Of a DNA stretch of 19,635 nucleotides, positions 10,097-19,635 are shown piece by piece. Every line of letters begins with the position of its first letter. Positions within the stretch are counted from its first letter, which is position 1. Source of the DNA: Ginkgo biloba. Taxonomy: Eukaryota; Plantae; Ginkgophyta. A program made the translations under genes and the position numbers. The stretch covers positions 157,750,602-157,770,236 of the forward strand of contig JANKJI020000004.1 of assembly GCA_024626585.2 (NCBI GenBank), in the 5' to 3' direction. The notes under the pieces were generated by a model that was not told where the DNA came from, did no database searches, and saw only the letters and a list, made by a program, of their open reading frames with translations.

Positions 10097-10604
10097 TCAG
10101 TTGGCACTTTTGGCTTAAGGGGTGTTCTAGGCACTCCTCCTTGATGTATTTTGAACCATGGATGGAATGGTCTAGACCTAAAGCCAAGATTGTTTTACTT
10201 CTGTTGTAGTGTCTGCATAATAGAAACCTTAAATCTGAACACTGAAATCTGATTTGTAGAATGGCATTATAAAATTATACTAGCCACTAGCTGCAGGGGA
10301 TGGAGGGTGTTGATGACTTCGCAATTCAATTATTCCTTTTTGCTCTCCTTGTGATCCAGATTGTAGTTTTTGAACAATAAAGATTCGTGTACTTTTCTGT
10401 TCTTTTCTTTAATACGAATGTCTTATTGTTTGATTTTCTTTCACTGCATTGAATATCATAATTGCACTTTTAAGGTCAGAAGAGTGTATTTCTTGTTCTA
10501 TTTTTTCTGAACTGGGTTCCTCCTTACAGTTTGTACTCTCTGAGTGAAATTTTAAACCTGAGAAAAAATTTGGTTGGATTATACTTGGTACCCTTGTTGA
10601 GCAG

Positions 10605-10681
10605 GTTCTCTTGTGGCTCATTCCGAAAATGTTATTGGCTTACATGTGAAAAGGAAACTCCCTCGTATCATCCATACGGAG
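10605..10681 (+). CDS. Probable upstream coding exon of the CPBP/CAAX protease gene (N-terminal, transit-peptide-like region)
   Basis: Acceptor ttgagcAG|, donor GAG|GTaaaa. The open frame SLVAHSENVIGLHVKRKLPRIIHTE ends in phase 0 and joins the exon at 10914 across a 232-nt U-rich intron. Confidence 0.5.
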
Positions 10682-10913
10682 GTAAAATATACAATTATTT
10701 GTTCCTATCTGTTTCTACCATATTACATGATTTTGTTCATATTTATGGCATAGTGGACTGCATTTCAAAGGTCTTTGGTGGTTAGATATTTTCAAATGCA
10801 AGGCATAATATTATTGAAAAGCACATACAAGATTTCGATCTGTTCTTAAAATGGTTTTTATGTACGTTTTGCACCTTTCCATTTGACACATCTTTGTCAA
10901 TTGATATTTTTAG

Positions 10914-11225
10914 GTTGTTGAGGCTTTTGTCACATCTTCGGCTAAGCATAAATATAGGAAGAAGACAAGAAAAGAGGAATGGACTGCAGACTCGAGAACA
11001 AGCAATGTTCCTGTAAGCAGAATGGAGAAAGATAAAGATTGTAATAAAAACTCTGTGGATTTGGATGCTGGAGGCAAGCTTGGCATGGTTGACAAGGGTA
11101 GAGCATCATATGTGGAGACTTTGGCTGATCATTGTTCTCCACATGTATCTGGGAGAGATGCTGTATTAAGAGCTTGTGTTTTAACATCTGGAATATTTGC
11201 TGGTATTGCTCTAACAATTCGACAG
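10914..11225 (+). CDS. Exon of a CPBP/Abi family intramembrane protease (CAAX amino-terminal protease family, At3g26085-like)
   Basis: tttttAG| acceptor, CAG|GTatat donor, 312 nt open with phase 0/0. Ends in GRDAVLRACVLTSGIFAGIALTIRQ, similar to the R.AVLQAC..TSGLIAALG..IRQ motif I recall for this plant family. Confidence 0.85.
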
Positions 11226-12245
11226 GTATATCCCTCTCCATGCCCAATTAGGCCTGGTGAGGAAGCCAATGTATTCACACTAAGGAAAATACCAATTGAT
11301 ATATGATACGTTGGTCTTTAAGTGAACCTTACAATCCAAGTTCATTCTCTACCTTTCTTTATGGATGGGCTGTCTCTTAGAAATTAGGTACTTCATGCCT
11401 AAAAAATTTGATTTTAAGAATGGGCATAGGAGCATGCTTTCATGAAACTAGAGTCAGCCAATGATTTATAGATTAATTCCTTGTAAAAATTATTTAAGGG
11501 TTTTTCTAGGTCTAGTTATTTAACTTTAAATAAAATTATTGATGGAATCACCTTCATCTATATCATCATCTACCCTACCGAGATTATATATTTGTCCTTA
11601 TTTGAAGAATAAATTTTAACCTTAGTATTAAATGACATAAGCTAATTTCACTCTTATTCATATATCTAAAATGAGACACTTAAGGGGTATATAGGACTCA
11701 TGCAGGCTCATAATCTTAGGCCTATTGGCTAATTAGCCTACATGAAGGAGATTATTGTAATTTTTAAATACCTCAGCATCAACAAGATTCTTTAGATAAT
11801 CATATCATTTCATAATAAAGCATGCTCAACTATTTAGAGTAGATTACATTATTATACCCCTTATAAATAAAAAGAAAACAATCAAGTCTTAGTATAAAGA
11901 TTAGATCTACTCAAAAGGGTGGCATGTGCCTATCGATGGATAATTTTTTAAACCCTATTTTCTCATTTCACTAGCACAAACATCATTCCTTCATTTTAAA
12001 GGTGGATATACCTAATAATAGGGTTTTTGGCACTATGGTAAGATTGATCTTAAAATGATCTCTATTTGGTGTTTGAACTTTGCGTTTCTTTTGTCTCTTT
12101 TAATACAACCCGTAGAAAATCCAATTGAAACTTAAAGATGGATTATGCAACTATGGATGTGTGTTTCCATCCCATTTGGCTCATTTTTTATCTTCCAAGC
12201 TATAAGATCTTAGATTCTAATTTACACCCTCCCCTCCCCAATATA

Positions 12246-12253
12246 TGATACCA
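12246..12253 (-). promoter_or_regulatory. Partial PBS (TGGTATCA) next to an LTR-like end
   Basis: Minus strand reads ...attaCA tt TGGTATCA; only 8 nt match the tRNA-iMet PBS. Confidence 0.45.
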
Positions 12254-12255
12254 AA

Positions 12256-13952
12256 TGTAATAGTCTTTCCTTGATTTGGTGTTAACTATGTTAATTCACT
12301 TATCTCAACATATCTAAATAAACAACTAGACAAATCTCTTTAGGAAGCATACTTCAATTCAGATTGCACAACTAACCAACTAAGCATGGCAATTCATGAT
12401 GCAAGAGCTTACATAAACAAATAAGTTAGCATGTATGCAGGAAACATTTATTTATACTAAATCATGTCCAAACACATAAGACTCAAGGTTGGATTGCTAG
12501 AATAATGACTAAGGGTTTTTGACAACATGNNNNNNNNNNNNNNNNNNNNNNNNNNNNNNNNNNNNNNNNNNNNNNNNNNNNNNNNNNNNNNNNNNNNNNN
12601 NNNNNNNNNNNNNNNNNNNNNNNNNNNNNGATTGCTTAGTGCAATTTGGGGGTTAACAAAACCAAAAAAGAAAACTTTATTTTCCATGCTTTAGACTAAG
12701 CATGCTCTTGGTGGGGAGTAGTAGATGCAGTAGCCTAAGAAGTGGTACATCTGTTGATGCACTTACCATAAATGGTGTCCTTATTGTTGTTGATGTTGCC
12801 ACTATTAATGAAGGAGTCGTCACCAGAGTATATCCTTTTGGATATCTGTTAGCAAAGCTCATGAGGTGATGGGCCTAGTGATGGAAATGAACCTTAACCA
12901 ACAATGAGACCCTTGGCCTCTCATTATCAACTTTCACAATCCAAGTTGCCTGGAATGCTCAAGCTTTTTGCTCCATCTCCACTGATAAATTCCACTCTAG
13001 CTTATGAATTTGAGTAGTCTCTTGTCATTCAACACTATCATCTCTTCTTGAGGCCCATGTTGCTTTTTATCTGTCTCTAACTTCTATCCTGCATTTATTA
13101 ATTAAGCTCCTGGAGCTTGCCTAGTCTTTGTTCCTTGACTTTTAGCTTGGGTTAACTCATTTGGAAAGGGCACAAGCAAGAGAAAAAGTTCATGTAGATA
13201 AAAATCAACTAATCTCTAATCAAGCTCAAGCATATTGTAATGAATGCACCTCTGGGAAAGGTTTATATAATAGTTGATATTTTGGTTTCCAAGCAAAAGG
13301 TATGGCACCATTTTTTCAAGTCATTGTCTTGCTAAAAGTTGTTATAAGATGTTACAGACCACTCTAATCAGTAAAATTTGGCCTTAAATGTTGTGTTCCT
13401 AAACACAGCAAAGGTTTAGGAGCTGAAAATCGCAGAAGCCCACATGTTAAGAACAAAAGGACCCTTAATCAACTTAACTATGCCTCTTGGATAAGTAAGA
13501 GTAAGGGTGTTTGAGTTCTAACCATTAAGTAGCATTTGGGGACTTAAACAATAGCCTCAACCAATGTAACAGTAACCTCATGCAAGTTGCATAAGTTGAA
13601 AGCTATAAAAGGGGATCATTTCTCATTAGTCATCTTCAACATTTTCTACTTGTCTTCTACTTGGAAGAAGACTACTTAGGAAGCAAGTGCTTCCTCCTTT
13701 CTCTGAGTCATCTCTATCACTCTCTTTTTATCATTTGTCCCTCATTTGGGTAGTAGGTGCTCCCACTCCATCTCTGACTTGATCTACAACATTTTATCTT
13801 GACTAGCAACATTAATTTATTATTGAAGATTATTTTCGATTTGCAATTCTCAACATTATTTCTCTATTAAAGTATCATTAGGAAGAATCTCATTTAGGAT
13901 TGTTGCCCACTTTTTTCTAGCCAAGTATACTTCTTTGATAGGGGTCCCCACA
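12256..13952. mobile_element. LTR-like non-coding repeat sequence (one or two LTR remnants), intronic
   Basis: Starts with TG (12256) next to the PBS and ends ggggtccccaCA (13952). TATA-like ctataaaaggg near 13603 (+) and ctattatataaacc near 13260-13273 (-). No partner LTR is visible. Confidence 0.35.
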
Positions 13953-14623
13953 TGGTCCTACCCATCTAGATTGTTTTGACCAAAGATTCATCCTCCTCTC
14001 CATTTTTTTTTNNNNNNNNNNNNNNNNNNNNNNNNNNNNNNNNNNNNNNNNNNNNNNNNNNNNNNNNNNNNNNNNNNNNNNNNNNNNNNNNNNNNNNNNN
14101 NNNNNNNNNNNAAAGTTAAAGGAAAGGTTTGTGGCAAGCTATCCAAGTCATATGGGGAACCTCAATGACAACAAATATAGTACTCGAGGCTTTAATAAAG
14201 TCCACTACCATGATAAGAGGCAAAGGCAAATTCTTAAGGCATCCCATAAGGCATAAGAGGGCGTCAACAACTCTCAAAGGGGGTAGTGGTAGCCTTAATG
14301 AGGCTTAAGTCAGTTTTGAGTGACCACATATCAATAAAAGCATATGACCTAGGCTTCACACATTGAAAGGTATGTCAAGGAGGCTACCTAGTCATAATTA
14401 TCACATACAAATCATAATTATTCCCTCTACATCTAGAGATGAGGACCTAGAACAACTTCTAAGGAGAGGAAAACGATTTTTTGGGAGGTAGAACAACCAT
14501 GTAGAAGTAAGGGCATTTGCCTTGGATGGAGGACCAACTAGATGCCAGCAAAACAAGGTAGAAGAACAACCTGTGGCTTCTCACCCTCATCACACAATAT
14601 CAGTTTTTCAGCCTCCCTTGCAA

Positions 14624-14791
14624 GAAGACACACTTCTGGACTCTAGAACCATAACAACTAGACAAGGGTAGACTACGACTTACCTAATTGGTTGTAAAGG
14701 TTCATTACCCACACATGCTAGATGGATATCAGAAGCAGTGTTCTAGGAGCAATTCCCACATTTGGCGAAATTGGGGACAAATTCTTCTTAA
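14624..14791 (+). mobile_element. Chromodomain-like C-terminus of a chromovirus (Ty3/gypsy) integrase, degenerate
   Basis: EDTLLDSRTITTRQG*TTTYLIGCKGSLPTHARWISEAVF*EQFPHL fits ILD.R..TR.G..YLV.WKG.P..A.W....FP.L and is followed directly by a PPT. Confidence 0.8.
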
Positions 14792-15090
14792 ATAGGGAGG
14801 AAATTATGAGTACAAGAGTACCTATGAGTGTAATTATTAGTATGGGTACCTTATGTAATTTATGTACTTCATGATTGTACAATATTTTATTATCATTTAT
14901 CCCACATGGGCCTGAGAGGCATAACACCCAATATGCAATTGTATTTTATGAGGTAGTATTCCTCATTGGAATTACCAATAAGCAGATGCCTTCATATATT
15001 CTTTATTTTCTCTCTCTCTCTCTCTCTAGATTCGTAGATCCACAAAGTTCCTCAACTCTTTTCTCAACATCTCGAATTTCTCACATATCA
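14790..15090 (+). mobile_element. Polypurine tract plus 3' LTR (~287 bp) of the chromovirus
   Basis: AAATAGGGAGGAAA, then ttATGAG at 14804 (likely decayed TGAT), ending ATATCA at 15090. Contains aataag and a (CT)n tract. Confidence 0.6.
15010..15027. repeat. (CT)9 microsatellite
   Basis: Read directly from the sequence; lies inside the putative LTR. Confidence 0.9.
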
Positions 15091-16057
15091 TGGGCTTGGT
15101 TTTGTGAAAATTGAGGATAATGCCTCTAGTACCACATCATCCTCGACATCAATGGTTAGCTCCTACTTTGAATTGAGATGCCATTGCTTCAATGCACTAG
15201 AACTTATGGAGCCTAACTGCCATGTAAAAGTTAACATTGATGCCACCTCAAATGATGATTCAGAATGCTTCATGATCAACTAGATGCAATAAGCATATGA
15301 ATTAAAACAACAAGCATGTTATAACTTGAAGAAGAAAGAGAAAGGCCACAAAGGCATGGCACGGTCACCATATTCGCTCTTCACCCTTTTATAACAGTGA
15401 TAAGGTATTCCTATATGATAGTAAATTTTGTAGCAAGCCCAAAAAACTTACAATGCATTGGCTTGGTCCATTTATCATTCATGAAGTTTTTGNNNNNNNN
15501 NNNNNNNNNNTAAAGCAACAGTATTGTTAGTTATTAGCCTCCTTGGTTAATGGTAGTTGCATCAAGTTGTACCATGATTGAAGTGAAAAACATTGAGATC
15601 CTTTAAATAAACATGTTGTAGTTTATAAATAAAAAACTCTAAAAAACCCAAAACAAATAAAAATCTATAAAAATCTATAAAAATTAGAAAAAACTAAAAA
15701 AATAAATAGGTGAAACAATAGAGTTTGAAACTTCTTGAAGGTTATGCATCCCTTAGATACAAAAAGGGTCAACTAGATGACGATTTGGTGGGGGGGACAT
15801 GGTAATCTCCACAATCACTTTGATCCAACTAAAAGTAGATTGACACGACAACCACCTTGAAAGGAAAACTTGAGAGAGCTCCAAAATAGTTTGTGGGTAA
15901 GGGGGCAGGGCTAGAAACTAGGTTACCCTTGCCCAAAAAATTACTAATCTCACATAAGTGAGTACACTCAAGAAAATAGTGTCCAATGAGATGTTAGCAG
16001 GAGATTTGGACCTAATGAAATATGACAAAATTGAGGAAACATACAGTAATGGCTACC

Positions 16058-16490
16058 AAATGACATGGTAATTGAATGAGAAAAACACCCAGAAGATCAA
16101 GATGACATGGCAAGGATCTCCGATGACGTGGCAAGATCTAGAATGATGTGGCAAAGTCAATGTTGACATGTTAGTAGCAAAAAGAATGTTAACCAACATT
16201 AATTACAGGTTGATGTCAGCCAAAAAATTGAAGTCAAACTTGGTCAACGTCACTAGTCAAAGACATAGAAGGACAACATTTAATGCTAAAGTGTTTGCTA
16301 ATCAAATCTAGTCAAAGTTGTAGAAAACAAATAACATTTAATGCTAAGAAATCGTTGGTCAAAGTCAAGGTCAAAGTGGTAAAATCTGACCTAAAATTAA
16401 GTGCATTAATATTGGTCAAAATCATGGTCAAAGCCAACTTCAATTAAGGAACATTTGTGGCAGTCAAAGTTGGATCAACATTGGTCAATC
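16058..16490. repeat. Degenerate tandem motif array (TGACGTGGCA-like units at ~21-nt period, GTCAAAGT motifs, ~58-nt duplication)
   Basis: gatgacatggcaa / gatgacgtggcaa / aatgatgtggcaa in tandem (16101-16153). aacatttaatgctaa occurs twice (~16275 and ~16333), with many gtcaaag copies. Confidence 0.7.
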
Positions 16491-16747
16491 TNNNNNNNNN
16501 NNNNNNNNNNNNNNNNNNNNNNNNNNNNNNNNNNNNNNNNNNNNNNNNNNNNNNNNNNNNNNNNNNNNNNNNNNNNNNNNNNNNNNNNNNNGTTTAAGTG
16601 AAAAGCAACTCAAAGAGAAAATAGACACGCTTTACAATGAAGACTTAAGTCACTTGATAAGCTGAATAGTGACTACGTACTATGAAACTACCAGTGTACA
16701 TTACATAATGGCATTGAAGCTCATCAATAAGAGAAGACTGCTCAAGA

Positions 16748-17012
16748 AGTGTGAAGGACAAAAGAGCATGGTTTGCAAGTGGGAGGTGAGGTGAGATATG
16801 GAGTCTTCTATGTTAGATATCATGGGCCCACTAGCAAGAACATAGTCAACCACGCTGGCCCCTCTAGCATAGGTGTAGCAACTATATGCATCAGATCTAC
16901 GGAATCTCGAGAGCCCATTCAGAATAAAGAAGTCATGCGACTCTCCAAGGTCCAAGAGGTGTTGCCCATAGGTAAAGACCACCTGTGAATCTTCTGTCTG
17001 TCTATCCAAGCT
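16748..17012 (-). mobile_element. LINE apurinic-like endonuclease (EEP fold) C-terminal fragment
   Basis: RQTEDSQVVFTYGQHLLDLGESHDFFILNG..SDAYSCYTYARGASVVDYVLAS.., then, frameshifted, LADHALLSF. These are the S.IDY and SDH-type motifs of non-LTR endonucleases. Confidence 0.85.
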
Positions 17013-18614
17013 AAACTCTTAGCTCCTTCAGATATTGTTGCACTTCATGTGTAGTGTATTTTTTTCCGTCACATTCCTGAGCATAATTTCTGAGATAATC
17101 ANNNNNNNNNNNNNNNNNNNNNNNNNNNNNNNNNNNNNNNNNNNNNNNNNNNNNNNNNNNNNNNNNNNNNNNNNNNNNNNNNNNNNNNNNNNNNNNNNNN
17201 NNNNNNNNCCAATCTTTATAACTTTGATTACAGACTTTATAACATTTTGTATTGAGCTCCAAATTTGTACATTCAACTTTCAAATTATAGATCTTGGTCT
17301 TTAGATTATGGATATGTTTAGTTCTTTATATTTCAAATTTGGCTATAAAAGTTATGACAGTTTTGATGAAGGCTGTGTATTCACTTGAACAAGAACAATC
17401 AGATTCCAGGGAGTCTATAAGCTTGTACAAGTGCCCATTTTAACTCAAATCACTACAGAAGGATGCACATCTTTTTCTTGTATTAAGGATACAAACAATT
17501 TGTAAATCTGATTTGGGAGAAGAGAGTTGCAATATTTTTTGTGAGAGTTGTAACATCTGTCATAGGGGTTCTTTGACAACTGTTCCAACTTCTCCAAGGG
17601 GTTCATTTCTTTGATCCTTCTTCTTTGTCATGAGTTGTGAGATACTAGTCAGTGTGTGATTAATCTCAGATCCTCTGTTTATTCAGTTAACAAGCTTCCA
17701 CATTTATCAGAAGGTGGATATATATTTAAATGTTGCATAGTCTGGTTGTACCTATATAATAACACTTGTATTTAGTCTGTTATCTCTGTCATGGTGTGTT
17801 GAGTATTGTTTCGAAGTTATGAATCTAGAGAGAATATTGAGATAGTGATGTGCAAGTGTGTATAGCATCATTCATTCATTGTTACACATGACATAAATGT
17901 ATATATATATTAATCACTNNNNNNNNNNNNNNNNNNNNNNNNNNNNNNNNNNNNNNNNNNNNNNNNNNNNNNNNNNNNNNNNNNNNNNNNNNNNNNNNNN
18001 NNNNNNNNNNNNNNNNNNNNNNNNNNNNNNNNNNNNNNNNNNNNNNNNNNNNNNNNNNNNNNNNNNNNNNNNNNNNNNNNNNNNNNNNNNNNNNNNNNNN
18101 NNNNNNNNNNNNNNNNNNNNNNNNNNNNNNNNNNNNNNNNNNNNNNNNNNNNNNNNNNNNNNNNNNNNNNNNNNNNNNNNNNNNNNNNNNNNNNNNNNNN
18201 NNNNNNNNNNNNNNNNNNNNNNNNNNNNNNNNNNNNNNNNNNNNNNNNNNNNNNNNNNNNNNNNNNNNNNNNNNNNNNNNNNNNNNNNNNNNNNNNNNNN
18301 NNNNNNNNNNNNNNNNNNNNNNNNNNNNNNNNNNNNNNNNNNNNNNNNNNNNNNNNNNNNNNNNNNNNNNNNNNNNNNNNNNNNNNNNNNNNNNNNNNNN
18401 NNNNNNNNNNNNNNNNNNNNNNNNNNNNNNNNNNNNNNNTAATCAAACCTTGTTTCTTTTGCTTGTATTGTCATAGACATATTTTGCCACATTGGCACTC
18501 ATGTAGCTCAAGTTTATGATATTGCTATCCCCTTTCACAAGTTCTCTTTCTTAGAAAAAGAGTTATCTAAGCTCATTGCAAACTCTCAGTTTCATTTCAG
18601 ATTGCTTTTTGCAG

Positions 18615-18675
18615 GTATCTCATAATGCTTCAGAAGAAGGATTGCCTTTTCCTGATTGTACAATGGTAATGCCAT
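18615..18675 (+). CDS. Next exon of the CPBP/CAAX protease gene
   Basis: tttttgcAG| acceptor, T|GTAAG donor, 61 nt, VSHNASEEGLPFPDCTMVMP. Continues IRQ in phase 0 and matches the recalled family motif IRQVSHVAS.EGLP..DC. Confidence 0.87.
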
Positions 18676-19635
18676 GTAAGATTGCCTCCTTTGATGGCTT
18701 TTTTCTTGTAACATCCTAAATCTATGTTTTCAATAGAGTAAGCTTGCAAATCATAGAATTTTCATGCCATCCTTTGATAGAATTACTAGAAATATAGCAA
18801 AGTTTTCTTGAGCTCTTTATCATGACTTGGCAGCATTGATCAACCCAAGGACTGGGAATCTGGACACATGAACTAGTAACTTCAAAATGTTCCACTCTTT
18901 ATTCAACCATGTTAGGAGTCAAGAGATGTTATTGGTTAACAAGAAGGAAATCAAAGGACAAGATATTTAACTGATGAAAAGGCACAACTATTAAAGATAG
19001 CTCTTGGGAAACAAAACACTTGTATTTATAGGAAAAGGAAGGGCAACTCACTCGCCATTGGCTCTCATTCTTGTAATTGTTGTAAAGCAATACATTGGAG
19101 GCAACCCAGCTTATAATTGGGGTAGCAAGTTTACCATTGCATTTTATCCAATAAATATATTTATATTTATTCGCAATGTCACTTTATATATAGGCGATCT
19201 AATACCATAGTGAAGAAAGCGTGAAATAGCTTGGGGATGTCTCGAGTGGTATAATAGACCACAACGCTTAATTGTGGAAGAAGGATACTCACCAACTAAG
19301 GATATTCTAATCTAGCATTTTCTCATCTGTAAACAACCAAATAATATCTTTGAGTGACAATATTACAACAGATTGGCATTTGTGTGGGTGTTTGAGGAGT
19401 GCAAGCCCATTCACATTCAATATAGTCTTTTGAGCTACAACCTTGAGTGTTATAATAGTTACCATTATACACACAGTTTATCTGACAGCCAATTTTCAAA
19501 AACCAGGAAACTTCCAATAAAAATGTTGTCAGTCTCTGCATATAGACATAATGAGTCTGAAAGACAATGACAGTTTGAAACACTGTTTGCACCAGATTCT
19601 AACCTTAGCCAATCTAGCAAACCCTGATAGCGAAA

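Noticed and set aside
14202-14289. ccactacc/ggtagtgg inverted 8-mer resembling a mini-CACTA
   Set aside because: Too short, imperfect TSD (gtc vs gta), and expected by chance.
17209-17918. LTR-like composition
   Set aside because: No definable termini, PBS or PPT; bounded by gaps.
17897-18498. Long ORFs in the track spanning N runs (also 4090-4324, 8743-9057, 12457-12687, 17011-17304)
   Set aside because: Artifacts of translating assembly gaps.
18676-19635. Search for the next CPBP exon and the ORFs at 19004-19592
   Set aside because: No exon with the expected FE.WHL-like motif or good splice sites; treated as intron.
1-19635. CRISPR arrays, tRNA/rRNA genes or prokaryotic operon-like systems
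   Set aside because: No regularly spaced repeat-spacer array or RNA gene signature seen; content is plant nuclear TE/intron sequence.

Overview
Eukaryotic, AT-rich, gap-riddled draft sequence with many fixed 100-N gaps. The TE content and long intron suggest a large-genome land plant, probably a gymnosperm (inference). The window is mostly old, nested and truncated retroelements: a copia gag fragment, Tat-type Ty3/gypsy RT/aRH/integrase fragments, a chromovirus 3' end with chromodomain-PPT-LTR, and two different LINE fragments. The one well-supported host gene is a + strand CPBP/Abi (CAAX amino-terminal protease) family gene resembling Arabidopsis At3g26085 as I recall it. It has exons at 10914-11225 and 18615-18675, probably also 10605-10681, and a ~7.4 kb TE-filled intron; it continues beyond the window. 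A possible terminal exon of a second, - strand gene lies at 526-619. The most unusual structures are a 131-bp near-perfect hairpin at the RT/aRH junction, an apparently split and inverted aRH domain, a PBS with almost no LTR, an ultra-compact PBS-PPT junction, and two decayed ORFs I cannot assign. I found no convincing evidence of a complete novel system. All family assignments are from motif recognition by eye, not database searches.
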